DNA of 64,000 nucleotides from Octopus sinensis (lineage: Eukaryota): contig NC_043001.1 of the NCBI RefSeq assembly GCF_006345805.1, forward strand, positions 14,570,001 through 14,634,000, written 5' to 3'. Below the pieces are notes generated by a model. That model was not told the origin of the DNA. It saw only the letters and a program-made list of their open reading frames with translations, and ran no database searches. The position numbers and the translations under genes were made by a program. Shown here one piece after another: positions 1 through 12,555 of this stretch (position 1 is its first letter; each line of letters opens with the position of its first letter).

Positions 1-272
1 CTGAGCACATTTTATGAAAATGAGACTACCATGCACACATAAAAAAACAAAAAATAGTTCAAATATGTTCTTAGTATATAATAGTAGCAAATTTTACACC
101 TGAAAAGTTGAACTATTAGTCCTCTTGCAGTCTGAGGGGTATCAGAGCGTTTGAGTAACATTAGACCCCAACAAATGCCCATAAATTAAATGCATCTATC
201 TAGGCCATGATTGTGGCCTGTCAACCTGTGCTTAACAGCCACGATCATGGCCTGTCATGCTTTATGGGTTAA
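1..272. mobile_element. TTAA MITE P3 (left end outside window), no SINE
   Basis: Ends TTTATGGG-TTAA, the inverted partner of the left end at 43359. Confidence 0.65.
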
Positions 273-569
273 AAGACAATAGACACCAAAAAGACACTCG
301 GGTTTCAGTTGCACAAGATCTTGATTGTGTCGAGAACAATGAAAACTTTCAAAAAACTTTGCATAGGCCTCCAAAGCAGGTATCGCCAAGCTTTTGGCAA
401 AATTTGATGCAGAATTTTTGCTCAACTTTCTCTGTCACAGTCAACATGACAATCACATGCTACACACCTTCTTTCCAAGTACTGCTGTAAACAGTGGAAG
501 TGAGCTGGAACGTTAAAACATAGTGCATATGCACAGCAGGGTTGAAGGTCAATCTGTGTGTGTGTGTGT

Positions 570-870
570 GTGGAGGGGCAATGGCCCAGTGGTTAGGGCA
601 GCGGACTCGCGGTCGGAGGATTGCGGTTTCGATTCCCAGACCGGGCGTTGTGTGTGTTTATTGAGCCAAAACACCTAAAAGCTCCCCAAGGCTCCGGCAG
701 GGTGTGGTGACGACCCCTGTTGTACTCTTTCACCACAACTTTCTCTCACTCTCCCTTCCTGTTTCTTGAGTAACGCTGTGATGGACTGGCATCCCGTCCA
801 GCTGGGGGCAACATATACGCCACAGAAACCGGGAAACGGGCCCATGAGCCTGACTAGGCTTGAGAAGGGC
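570..870 (+). mobile_element. SINE family C, tail variant 1
   Basis: A-box TGGCCCAGTGG, B-box GGTTTCGATTCC; first ~200 nt shared with the 54k and 61k copies, 3' part different. Confidence 0.8.
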
Positions 871-898
871 GACATTTATCACTTTATATATATATATA

Positions 899-1070
899 GG
901 CGCAGGAGTGGCTGTGTGGTAAGTAGCTTGCTAACCAACCACATGGTTCCAGGTTCAGTCCCACTGCGTGGCATCTCGGGCAAGTGTCTTCTGCTATAGC
1001 CCCGGGCCGACCAATGCCTTATGAGTGGATTTGGTAGACGGAAACTGAAAGAAGCCTGTCGTATATATAT

Positions 1071-1121
<51 letters not shown>

Positions 1122-1308
1122 TTGTCCCCCTAGCATTGCTTGACAACCGATGCTGGTGTGTTTATGTCCCCGTCACTTAGCAGTTCGTCAAAAGAGACCG
1201 ATAGAATAAGTACTGGGCTTACAAAGAATAAGTCCCGGGGTCGATTTGCTCGACTAAAGGCGGCGCTCCAGCATGGCCACAGTCAAATGACTGGAACAAG
1301 TAAAAGAG
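899..1308 (+). mobile_element. SINE family A, full length (tRNA-like head, central (TA)n/(TG)n, right arm)
   Basis: A-box-like TGGCTGTGTGG, B-box-like GGTTCAGTCCC, 3' end gaacaagtaaaagag; more than 20 copies in the window. Confidence 0.85.
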
Positions 1309-1643
1309 TATATATACACACACACACATACACAAAGAATATGTGTGTGTGTGTGAATGAGTGTCTGTTGCTGTCTGCTTGACTGATAGTTATAAACAAG
1401 TGTCACAACAGAGCAAGCAATGTACTTTGTTTCCCGTTTTCCATGAAAACATGTCTAGTCCTGGGCAAAATATTACTTTATTTGGAAGCAACAATGGAAA
1501 TGTGAACATTTGAATACTGATAATGAAAATTGTCAATTTTAAAAACCTGGCACTACATCACTGGTTAAAACCAAGCCTCAGAAGAGAGCATCTCAGATCT
1601 CAAAGTGCAAAAAAGGAAGCATCTATCTTACTCTCTGCTTAAG

Positions 1644-2353
1644 TCATCATCATCATTGTTTAATGTCCATTTTCCATGTTGGCATGGGTTGGACGGTTCG
1701 ACTGGGGGTCTGGGAAGCCAGGAGGCTGCACCAGGCCCAGTCTGATCTGGCAGTGTTTCTGCAGCTGGATGCCCTTCCTAACACCAACCACTCCGAGAGG
1801 GTAGTGGGTGCTTTTTACTTGCCACCAGCACTGGTCCCAGAGGGGGCTGGCATCAACCACGTTTGGATGGTGCTTTTATGTGCCACTGGTATGGGAGCCA
1901 GAGAGGGGCTGGCATCAACCATGTTTGGATGGTGATTTTACATGCCACCAGTACAGGAGCCAGTCAAGGCGGTACTGGCTTTAGCCACATTTGGATGGTG
2001 CTTTTTACGTGCCACAAGCACAGGGGCCAGATGGGGCGAGGGGGCTGGCATCAACCACGTTTGGATGGTGATTTTTACTTGCCACCAGCACGGGGAACCA
2101 GACAGACAGTGCTGGCATCAGCCACAACTACAATTTCCATTTGATTGTGGCATGATTCGATTTTGATGTTCACGTACTCGACTCAGTAGGTCTCCTCAAG
2201 CACGGCATGTCGCCCTACAATCCAAAGATACTTTTTGAGTTGGCTCGTTATGCAACACTGGCGTAGGCGACAGCTATGATTTCACTTTATTTGCTGGGTC
2301 TTCTCAGTCACAACATATCTCCAGAGGCCTCCGTCTTTCGCTATTGCCTCTGT
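1644..2353 (-). mobile_element. RTE LINE 3' end including the last ~24 codons
   Basis: Minus strand TEAIAKDGGLWRYVVTEKTQQIK*, then a UTR homologous to 20621-21270 and (GAT)n tail. Confidence 0.8.
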
Positions 2354-3292
2354 ATCTTTACAGTATTTTTACAAAACTCCTTTCAGACTATAAATTCATC
2401 AAATAACAAAACATTAAAATTTACAACTGCACCTGACCACTAGAAAATGAAAGGAGAAGCGAAGACAAGATGATCATTACCACAGTCAAGAGTATCATGT
2501 GTCGTAATTCATTTAAGATTAACTTGCCTAACAGAACACTTCAGATGCAGGCTTACCAATAGCATTTATGTTTAGATTGATGCGTTAGACGGAATGAATT
2601 ATAAACAAAAGTATTTAATGCTGCGATGAACATTATTTAATGTTTAGTCTTCAAATGTTTGCATGGATCAGACAGAATTGAGGCAGATTTTTCAAGATTA
2701 TTTACAACCAGACGCACTCCATGTCACCAACATTTATTTATTTATGTTTTTCAGTGAAGGGTTTTATTCCTAGAGGAATTCAGAAATGTGAAGTTAATGG
2801 ATAATTTGTTGACAGGAAATATCAACAAGATCCAGCAGGCCAATCCTAGTTTGTGGCGGAGTTGCAGATGTTGATGTTACCACCTACACACATACACACA
2901 GCTCAGCATAGTTTTGTAAACATCCACTTATCCATCCGTGCATACACCATGTGCACACCATGCATGCACGTGCACAGGGGAGTGGACTTCTTTTGGTTTT
3001 CATCTTAGAAGTTCTCTGAAAAGGCATTGGTTGGGGCAGGCCTTATAGTTGAAGACACTAACCCAAAACGCCATATGGTAGGACCAAAAACTGAAGACAC
3101 ATGGTTTAAGAAAAGGACACAACAGCCAAGCCTACATAAATATTTAATTCAGGAGATCAATGCGTATAGAGATATGGAAATTAACAAAAGCAGTCACTCT
3201 CTCTAGATCTGATGAAGTAAACTCCGGATGAGTTGGCAATGACCAGGTGAAACTCAAGTTATTCTTCCTTTCATTCAGTGGAGTGGCTCATA

Positions 3293-3452
3293 GGCGTAAG
3301 AGTGGCTGTGTGGTAAATAGCTTGCTTACGAACCACATGGTTCAGGGTTCATTCCCACTGCATGGCACCTTGGGCAAGTGTCTTCTACTATAGCCTCGGG
3401 CTGACCAAATCTTTGTGAGTGGATTTGGTAGACGGAAACTGAAAGAAGCCTG

Positions 3453-3501
<49 letters not shown>

Positions 3502-3847
3502 CCTGCTCGCTTAGCCTGTGGGGTGGCGTCATTTGAAGGTTAAAACAGTGCGAAGCGCATTGTGACCAGCGATATGTAGCAACATCTGATGGCCTTGTCG
3601 GTCATGGTGATCACAGTCATATATATATATATGTATGTGTGCATCTGTCCCCACCCCCAACATCGCTTAACAACTGATGCCGGTATGTTTACGTGCCCGT
3701 AACTTAGCGGTTCAGCAAAAGAGACCGATAGAATAAGTACTAGGCTTACAAAGAATAAGTCCTGGGGGGGTCGATTTGGCTGACTAAAGGCAGTGCTCCA
3801 GCATGGCCGCAGTCAAATGACTGAAACAAGTAAAAGAGTAAAAGAGA
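3293..3847 (+). mobile_element. SINE family A with a 120-bp module in its TA array (3498-3620)
   Basis: Both arms present; module homologous to 54051-54170. Confidence 0.8.
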
Positions 3848-4179
3848 GTCCTATATAGTTTAACCACAGAGTCTTACTTACACAACAAGGTGAAGCATAT
3901 GTTTAATTCTATGTTCACACGTAAAGTGATTAACAAACTTACCCAAAGCAACTTAACATTACGAAAGAGATTAATTACAAGAAAAAAAAACAATCATATT
4001 AATGGACATTAGAAAACTAATCTCTATAAATCTACTCACGGCCAATATGCAAACAAACAAAAATAACGAGCTATTTTATATTTAACTGACACTATCTTAA
4101 TTACAATCTCTAATCTACAATTGACAGTTCTTTGATCTTTGCAAAGAATTCCATTCCAATGTATTGTATTTCCTAACTC

Positions 4180-4512
4180 ATTTAACATCAATATTAGCGG
4201 TTGGGAGGCAGTTGCCGGCAACCGTGGAGACTGGCGACGTACCGTAAAAGAGGGAATACAAAGGAGTGACAGAGAGAGAGAGAGAGGAGAAATGGAAAGA
4301 AAAGAAGTGAGGTCAACAAGAAACTATGGCACTACAACGAGCCAGGAACAGTCTTCGCTACATTTGCGGTACCTGCCAGAGGGAGTGTTTGTCCAGGAGA
4401 GGACTACACAGCCACAGCAGGAAATGTATCAGGACATGAAATATAAAAGCCGGACTAGACTACTTTATGCGCAACTCCATTGTCTCCCGAGACAAAAAGG
4501 ATGCCAACAACT
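4180..4512 (+). mobile_element. RTE/BovB-like LINE 3' end with C-terminal zinc-finger motif (frameshifted)
   Basis: ISGWEAVAGNRGDWRRTVKEG... then, in a second frame, YICGTCQRECLSRRGLHSHSRKC; short UTR ending ggatgccaacaac. Confidence 0.75.
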
Positions 4513-4710
4513 CATTTAACTAGTCTGGTTCATCAATATGACCAAAGTATGGAGATAAATAGCTTAGTGATCTTTACGAAACTATAAGAGAGAGACAACG
4601 TATAAACCACATTATTTAATCTCAGTGCACCATGCTGGTACAGGTTATGGGTTGGATAGATTTATCAGGATCTCATGGGTCTGCTGACTGCATCAGGCTA
4701 CCGTCACCAC

Positions 4711-4998
4711 CATTGTAAGCCTAGTACTTATTCTATCGGTCTCTTTTGCCAAACTGCTAAGTTACAGTGACGTAAATGCATCAGCATTGGTTGTCAAGTG
4801 ATGGGATGGGGACACACGCACACACACACACATCTGACAGGCTTCTTTCAGTTTCCATCTATCAAATCCACTCACAAGGCTTTGGTAGGCCTGAGGCCGT
4901 AGTAGAAGACTCTTGCTCAAGGTGCCACACAGTGGGACTGAACCTGGAACCATGTAGTTGGGAAGCAAGCTTCGTACCACACAGCCACACCCCTCGCC
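4711..4998 (-). mobile_element. SINE family A, 3' truncated
   Basis: Homology to 899-1308. Confidence 0.75.
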
Positions 4999-5109
4999 TA
5001 GGATAAAGAACTTAGAAACATAATCAGGCTGGTTTCTACAGCTGGATACTTTTTTTCCTAATGCCAACCACTTTACAGGTTGTACTGGGTGCTTTTTTTT
5101 TTTTTTAGG

Positions 5110-5262
5110 TTTCATCATCATCATCATCGTCGGTTAACGTCCGTTCTCCACGCTAGCATGGGTTGGACGGTTCGACCGGGGTTCTGGGAAGCCAGAAGGC
5201 TGCACCAGGCTCCAGTCTAATCTGGCAATGTTTCTACAGCTGGATGCCCTTCCTAACGCCAA
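5110..5262 (-). mobile_element. Short RTE 3' tail fragment
   Basis: catcatcatcgtcggttaacgtccg...ggatgcccttcctaacgcc. Confidence 0.75.
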
Positions 5263-6464
5263 TTTATTAATTATTTATTAATTTATTTTTGTGCCATCAG
5301 TACTAGGGAGGTCATCATGTAGCTTGCAACACTGCAAACCCCGAGCGGCGGTGGGTTGGGCGGGTAGATTTATGAAGATGAAGAGGGGGCAAAGTATGGG
5401 GTAAGGGACTGACAGAAGGGGTCTTCTAGCTGTAGAGGAACTACACAACTATTCACATATTAGAAGAGAGGGTGGGAGTGATCAGCCGGAGGAGGAGGCG
5501 GAAGAAGAGGGGGATGCGGAGGAAGAAGAGGAGGAGGCGGAGGAAGAAGAGGAGGAGTGCACTCTTAAGGTATGAGGTGAGAAGCAGCGAAAGGGGCAGA
5601 GGGGCCAGTAGTGCAAGTGGATGGAGGCTGTAAGGGTGTATGGAAAAGTCAGAAATGGGAAATGGGTGGGGGTGGGTAGGTAAATGACAACTGTAAGGAT
5701 TGGGTTGGGTTGGGTTGGGTTGAGTTGTAGGGTGGATATAACAAATGGTGCAGGGTAGATGATAATGCATGAGTCAGGGAAAGTGAGGGAGAGTAGGAGA
5801 TGACTGGCAATGCAGGAACAAAAAGTGAGTGGGGTAGACAGAATAGTTATGAAGATAGGGTTGACAGAAGGGGAGGGGGGCATATGGTTGGGTAGATTGC
5901 AGGAGTGTGGGGTGAGGTGAGGAGAAGGGTGTCATATCTTCAAATATTATCTTTAAAATGTATGTGGCTAGAATGTTCTAGATAAGGTGAAATACTCCCA
6001 AAAAGTTAAGTAAGTGCCGTGGGTGGGAGCCAATGATAGTGAAGAGTGCAAAGGTACTGCACAGCGAAGATAAAAGCAAAAAAATCTAGTCAAGTGCCAC
6101 CATCACCACCACCGATACCATTATGACAGTGAATAAGAATAAACTTCAGAGAGGAAAGACAGGATAAAATTGACACAAGAAATGCCTGAAACAATAATGG
6201 TAGGTTAGGATGCCACTGAGGAAATCTGGTAGAGTAATTTCACACTAAAAATACTTGTGTACTCAATTTTGATGATGTTACATTCCTGTTTACTTACAGC
6301 CAACACCCTTGGCATCATCATCTGTTATTTCTCCAGTAGAAGGGAAACATGTGACTGTGTGTGTGTGGTGGGAAAGGGAAGTAACCTGCTAGTCAAGGCA
6401 GTCAAAACATTTCAAACCAACTCCAAGCAGCAGTTTGTAATTACTAAAATAAACCAAATATAAT

Positions 6465-6870
6465 AGGAGTGGCTGTGTGGTAAGTAGCTTGCTAACCAAC
6501 CACATGGTTCCGGGTTCAGTCCTACTGTGTGGCATCTTGGGCAAGTGTCTTCTGCTATAGCCCCGGGCCGACCAATGCCTTGTGAGTGGATTTGGTAGAC
6601 GGAAACTGAAAGAAGCCTGTCGTATATATGTGTATATATATATATGTATGTGTGTATGTTTGTGTGTCTGTGTTTGTCCCCCTAGCATTGCTTGACAACC
6701 GATGCTGGTATGTTTACGTCCCCGTCACTTAGCGGTTCGGCAAAAGAGACCGATAGAATAAGTACTGGGCTTACAAAGAATAAGTCCCGGGGTCGAGTTG
6801 CTCGACTAAAGGCGGTGCTCCAGCATGGCCGCAGTCAAATGACTGAAACATGTAAAAGAGTAAAAGAGAG
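6465..6870 (+). mobile_element. SINE family A
   Basis: Homology to 899-1308. Confidence 0.85.
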
Positions 6871-7221
6871 TATAATAGAATGGAAAACTGTGTTTCTCCT
6901 GCCAGGAATATAGTGCTTGGAAGGAACATTGTAGGCGGCAAGAAATTTGTAAATCAATACAAACCAAATAAAACAAAAATCAATAAGTTCAATAGTATTG
7001 GAAAGCTATTGATTCCTTTAACATCTAGAGCCAGTTTCTAACTCTAGCCAAATCCCAATTTAGCTTTAAGCTGAAAAAAAACTAATTACTTCTTAAAATC
7101 TACTTCACACAAATAGCCACCGTATGAAACGGTAATAAAAGAAACTGGGAAATACCATTGGGTATTTATTTATAGAATTAGCAAGGAAGCTGCTAAAATT
7201 TTATTGAAGAAATGTTTGCAA

Positions 7222-7383
7222 GGCGTAAGAGTGGCTGTGTGGTAAGTAGCTTGCTTACGAACCACATGGTTCTGGGTTCAGTCCCACTGCGTGGCACCTT
7301 GGACAAGTGTCTTCTACTATAGCCTCAGGCCAACCAAAACCTTGTGAGTGGATTTGGTAGATGGATACTGAAAGAAGCCCATC

Positions 7384-7417
<34 letters not shown>

Positions 7418-7915
7418 GTGTATGTGTTTGCCCCCCCCCTCAAACATCACTTGACAACCGGTGCTGCTGTGTTTACGTCCCTGTAACTTAGCAGTTCGGC
7501 AAAAGAGACCGATAGAATAAGTACTAGGCTTACAAAGAATAAGTCCTGGGGTCGACTAAAGGCAGTGCTCCAGCATGGCTGCAGTCAAATGACTGAAACA
7601 AGTAAAAGTAAAAGAGAAAGTATAGATGGCTATGTGGTTAAGAAGTTTGCTTTGCAACCAGCAGTTTGGGGTTCAAATCTACTGCATGGCACCTAGAGCA
7701 AGTGTCTTCTACTATAGCCCTGAGCTGACCAATGCCTTGGGAATGAATGAATTTAGTAGATGGAAACAGTATGGAAGCCCATGTGTGTGTGGTGGGGGTG
7801 CATTTACGTTTTCATGTTTGTCTCACTATTTGACAACCAGTGTTAGTTTGTTTACATTTGATAACTTAGCAGTTCAGCAAAAGGAGCCAATAGAATAAGT
7901 GCCAGACTTTAAAAA
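7222..7915 (+). mobile_element. SINE family A (7222-7616) followed by an older degenerate copy
   Basis: Homology to 899-1308. Confidence 0.75.
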
Positions 7916-8988
7916 TAAAAAGAAAGAGGTTAAGACTCTGCTTCCTAGAACAAAGGCAGGAAAGATCTTAGAAGGATCTGGAAAATCCTGGGAAGATTTG
8001 TAATAAACTTGGTCAGAGAAAATTACACAAACAACAGTACAGGACATCAATGCCTAATGACAAAGATCCCAACATCACCATCAAGGTACAGGACCAGATA
8101 CTGCAATAGCTTTAGTTTCTAGGGCCCACAGCTCTTCAATATCCTCCCCCAAAAAAGCCTGAGACACCTGCATGGGATGGCTGTAGGTGTCTCCAGGACA
8201 AAACTCAATCTCCCATCAATCCAGATGAGCCTACCTCATGGCAGGAACACACAGACGTGAACAGCAGCATCAAACTCCCTCATTTACGAAATGCCACCAA
8301 ATGATGAAAGCGTAGCAAAAGTAATGGCAGTGCCCCAGCATGGCCACAGTTCTCAAACTAAGGTTGATTTGTTCAATTAAACTTTTCAAGGTGGTGCTCC
8401 AGAATGGCTTTGATACAAGATAGAAAAAATACGAAAAAAACAATGCTGTCAACCACTCAACTGGATGGGGAAGTTGTTCATAGTAGAAAGGTGCCATACA
8501 AAACTAGACTGTCGGTAAAAACTCACCTGGGAAAGAGTTGTGACCTACAAATATTGAATTCACGTTACCAATAACTGATCGTTGTTACCGAAAGTCAACA
8601 ACATTTCAACTTACCTAAAAAGAAAGAAAAGAAAAAATACTATTAATATTGTTGGAATTTTAAATCAAAGGATTTATATAAACATGACAATCACTTTGTA
8701 AGTAAAAGGTTGGCCGAAAGTGACCTGACGGTAAATTAATTAAAACCCATTTAATTCCAAGATTAAAACAAAAAGTTATTTTATGAGATTTTGCTAATAA
8801 ACAGACAAAAACAAACCAAAGAAAAACGGTGATTTTTAACTCACAAAATTCAATTATTAAAGATTCATAATTAGAATGAATAAATAAAATTGAATATTAA
8901 GTATTTATGGAATTCTGACTTACTGTCAGGTGACTTTTGGCCATCACTGTATATATAAGTATGGTACCCAAAAAAAAAAACCATTATA

Positions 8989-9151
8989 GGCACAGGAGTG
9001 GCTGTGTGGTAAGTAGCTTGCTAACCAACCACATGGTTCCGGGTTCAGTCCCACTGCGTGGCATCTTGGGCAAGTGTCTTCTGCTATAGCCCCGGGCCGA
9101 CCAATGCCTTGTGAGTGGATTTGGTAGACGGAAACTGAAAGAAGCCTGTCG

Positions 9152-9224
<73 letters not shown>

Positions 9225-9426
9225 TGTGTGTCTGTGTTTGTCCCCCTAGCATTACTTGACAACAGATGCTGGTGTGTTTACGTCCCCCGTCACTTAGCGG
9301 TTCGGCAAAAGAGACCGATAGAAAAAGTACTGGGCTTACAAAGAATAAGTCCCGGGGTCGATTTGCTCGACTAAAGGCGGTGCTCCAGCATGGCCGCAGT
9401 CAAATGACTGAAACAAGTAAAAGAGT
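8989..9426 (+). mobile_element. SINE family A
   Basis: Homology to 899-1308. Confidence 0.85.
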
Positions 9427-9824
9427 AAGGTGAGGTAAAACACACGCGTACAATACCTATAATGCTATTGTCACTTGAAATCTAAATTTATCTTAAAACC
9501 TCTGCAAATTAGCATTATTCGTATAGGAGGCCTTGTAATAATGCCAAGAAGAAGCAGATTAAGAAGAAGAGAAAGAAAGAGAGCAGAAAACGACTCATAT
9601 AATAAACAAAAGAAGACAAAAGGAAAACGAGAGATGAAACAATGGCTGTACTCATCTAAGAAGTACTTGAAAACATCAAGTCATCCCTTAATTAATGGCA
9701 GTAAGAATAAATAAACCAGTGGAACATCTCAGTTTGGAAAAGAACTGCGCAAATGCCAAAAAAGTTTTAAAGAAAAAAAAATTTTAATAATAAAAAAAAG
9801 TAAAAATATATAAATAAATAGATG

Positions 9825-10227
9825 CAGATGTGGGAAGAAGCTTGCTTCTCCACGAGTTAGTTCTAGGTTCAGTCCCACTGCAGAACACCTTGGGCAAGTG
9901 TCTTCTACTATAGCCTCAGGCCGACCAAAGCCTTGTGAGTGGATTTGGTAGATGGAAACTGAAAGAAGCCCATCGTATGTATATATGTGTGTGTGTGTGG
10001 GGGTATATGTTTGTGTGTTTGTGTTTGTACCCCACATACACACATCGCTGCAGACACAGGCAAGGCTGTGTGGTAAGAAGCTTGATTCCTGCCCACATGG
10101 TTCTAGGTTCAGTCCCACTGCGGGACACCTTGGGCAAGTGTCTTCTACCATAGCCTCAGGCCAACCAAAGCCTTGTGAGTGGATTTGGTTGACGGAAACT
10201 GAAAGAAGCCCGTCGTATAATTGTATA

Positions 10228-10276
<49 letters not shown>

Positions 10277-10478
10277 TTGTGTTTTTCCCCCCCAACATCG
10301 CTTGACAACCGATGCTGGTGTGTTTACGTCCCTGTAACTTAGCAGTTCGGCAAAAGTGACCGTTAGAATAAGTACTAGGCTTACACAGAATAAGTCCTGG
10401 GGTTGATTTGCTCGACTAAAGGCAGTGCTCCAGCATGGCCGCAGTCAAATGACTGAAACAAGTCAAAGAGTAAAAGAG
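9825..10478 (+). mobile_element. SINE family A with duplicated left arm
   Basis: Left arm at 9825-10060 and again at 10066-10280, one right arm. Confidence 0.8.
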
Positions 10479-10633
10479 ACAACTTTAATTATACTTTTAG
10501 TTCAGGTGTGCCATCGAATTTTGAGAAGAATCTAAGTGCATTGCAAGTGAAAAAAATGTCACAGAGCACTGCAATAGAATAAGCACCGGGTTTTAAATAA
10601 AAACAAAAAAGTACTTGGGGTTGATTTGCTTCC

Positions 10634-10861
10634 TTAACCCTTTCGTTACCAACCCGGCTGAAACCGGCTCTGGCTCTGAGTACAAATGTCTTGTTTTCAT
10701 AAGTTTTGAATTAAAATCTTCCACCAAACCTTAGTCACAATTTATGTTCCTAACACCAGCTTAATGATAACTAAGTTATTTTACTAAATTCTTTGTTATA
10801 TTTAAAGTAATTAAAAGAAACACAGAGCATCTCAACAAAAATATGGTAACAAGAGGGTTAA
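10634..10861. mobile_element. piggyBac-type MITE P1
   Basis: TTAA-CCCTTTCGTTACC...GGTAACAAGAGGG-TTAA. Confidence 0.75.
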
Positions 10862-11760
10862 AAGTCATTTAAGGTGGTGCCCCAGCATGGCCACAATCCA
10901 ATGACTGAAACAAGTAAAACACAAAGGATAAAAGATGAAAATGAACAAAAGAGATTTTCTGCAGAGACTAAAATTTTTCTGTAAATGACATGTTTCTTTG
11001 AAAGAAAGAAATGAAAAGAGAAGGCAGACAATAGGAAATTCTTTGTGTGAAGAAGAAGACATCATCAATAGTGCCATGTTGGTAAACTGCATATATTCAG
11101 AAGCAGAAAGAGATGGGGTGGATGGTGGAGGTGAGATTTTTGTCTGGTTTGTGTTGGCAGCTGGAAGTTGGTTGGACGGTTCTATAAAAGAGCTTAATTC
11201 TAGCATCAAAAGATAAAGGCAAGTAAGGAGACATTAACCAAAAGAGATCCCAGTAGATTTAAACTTTCTTTAATCTCTACATTGGTAATCAGTTAAGAGA
11301 TAAGATTCTTTTTTCTTTTTTTTTTTGTTCCTTCTTACATTTTTGACGCAGTTTTCAGAATTGCATCGCAGCCAATCTACAAGTTGAGGGAGAGTGTGAG
11401 GGAAAGAGCTAGAGAAGAGAGAGAGAAGGAGCTAGTGAGCAAGGAAGTGAAAGACAAAGAGAGAGTGAAAGAGACAGGAAGAGGGAGAGAGAGACATTTC
11501 TGTATATTTTGTTGGGTAATTATAATAAGACATCTTCATATACAAACTTTCACACATCTTTCTCCCATGCTTCTCCTCTTCTCTCCCATAATTAATATCC
11601 GTCACACAACTATTAATTATGACGTATTTAATTAGAACAATTTTCATTGCTTTACCTCTAAGACAAATTTATTGCTCTTTCCTATGGTAGTTTCAGCTTT
11701 CCCATTACTAATCTGAATTGCAGGTTTCTAATCATCAATACTTCTCTGTCTGTCTGTCTC

Positions 11761-11917
11761 TCTCTCTCTCTCTCCACATACACACACACACACACATACA
11801 TACATACATACATACATACATACATACATACATACATACATACATACATACATACATACATACATACATACATACATACATACATACATACATACATACA
11901 TACATACATACATACAT

Positions 11918-11968
<51 letters not shown>
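11761..11968. repeat. Compound microsatellite (CT)n(CA)n(CATA)~35(CA)n
   Basis: Seen directly. Confidence 0.95.
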
Positions 11969-11970
<2 letters not shown>

Positions 11971-12555
11971 GCAAAGCAATAGGGATTTTAAATCTAGGTA
12001 GGTAATGATGTTTTGTGTTTCTGCAATTGGACACCAGAGTTGTGCACACCACAGCTATGTTTTTGCTGTCATCCTCTGTGTGTGTGTGTGTGTGCATGCA
12101 TGTGTCCGGGATTCAAATATGTGGGTGTAAAAAGCTTTCACTAATCCTCAACAAGTACTCTGATAAAATCCAGCCTTGGCTAACCACATCGAATGATAGG
12201 AAACATTTAGAATTATTTAGAATAAACAAACTGTACCACATCCGATTTGTAAGTCCGGAGTTCACTTCAACAGATTTCATGAAGAATACAGCATATATTG
12301 AGTCACCGGATTTTAGTATACATTACAGAGCATATTATCAAGACAGAATAATGGTGAATGGAGATTTATACATCTTTAAAATTTATTTATTAAAAACCAT
12401 TTTCTTCATATTACATTCTGACATGTGTGTCTGCAGACTGTGTGTCTTAGGATATATATTCAGCAGAAACACATCAGGATGAAATATAAAGTAAATATTT
12501 ATTATTACATAAATTTTGAAGATGTAACTCTCATGTCTTTGTCTTTATATATATA

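Noticed and set aside
570-650. tRNA genes (also 12820-12899, 61745-61826)
   Set aside because: A and B boxes present, but they continue into SINE bodies with tails and TSDs; no full cloverleaf.
879-1382. Recurrent ORFs such as MTTDAGVFTSP... and MLGGQTHT...
   Set aside because: Chance frames of SINE family A, broken in most copies.
2425-2498. Signal-peptide-like mini-ORF MILLTVVMIILSSLLLSFSSGQ (minus)
   Set aside because: Weak donor, no partner exon; T-rich strands give hydrophobic peptides by chance.
5702-5721. Telomeric repeat
   Set aside because: GGGTT x4 is not TTAGGG, and the tract is short and interstitial.
5453-5883. 105- and 133-aa minus-strand ORFs
   Set aside because: Low-complexity translations of the purine-skewed block.
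11682-12097. MYVC/HTYI-repeat ORFs, and the many YIYI/CVCV ORFs elsewhere
   Set aside because: Microsatellite translations.
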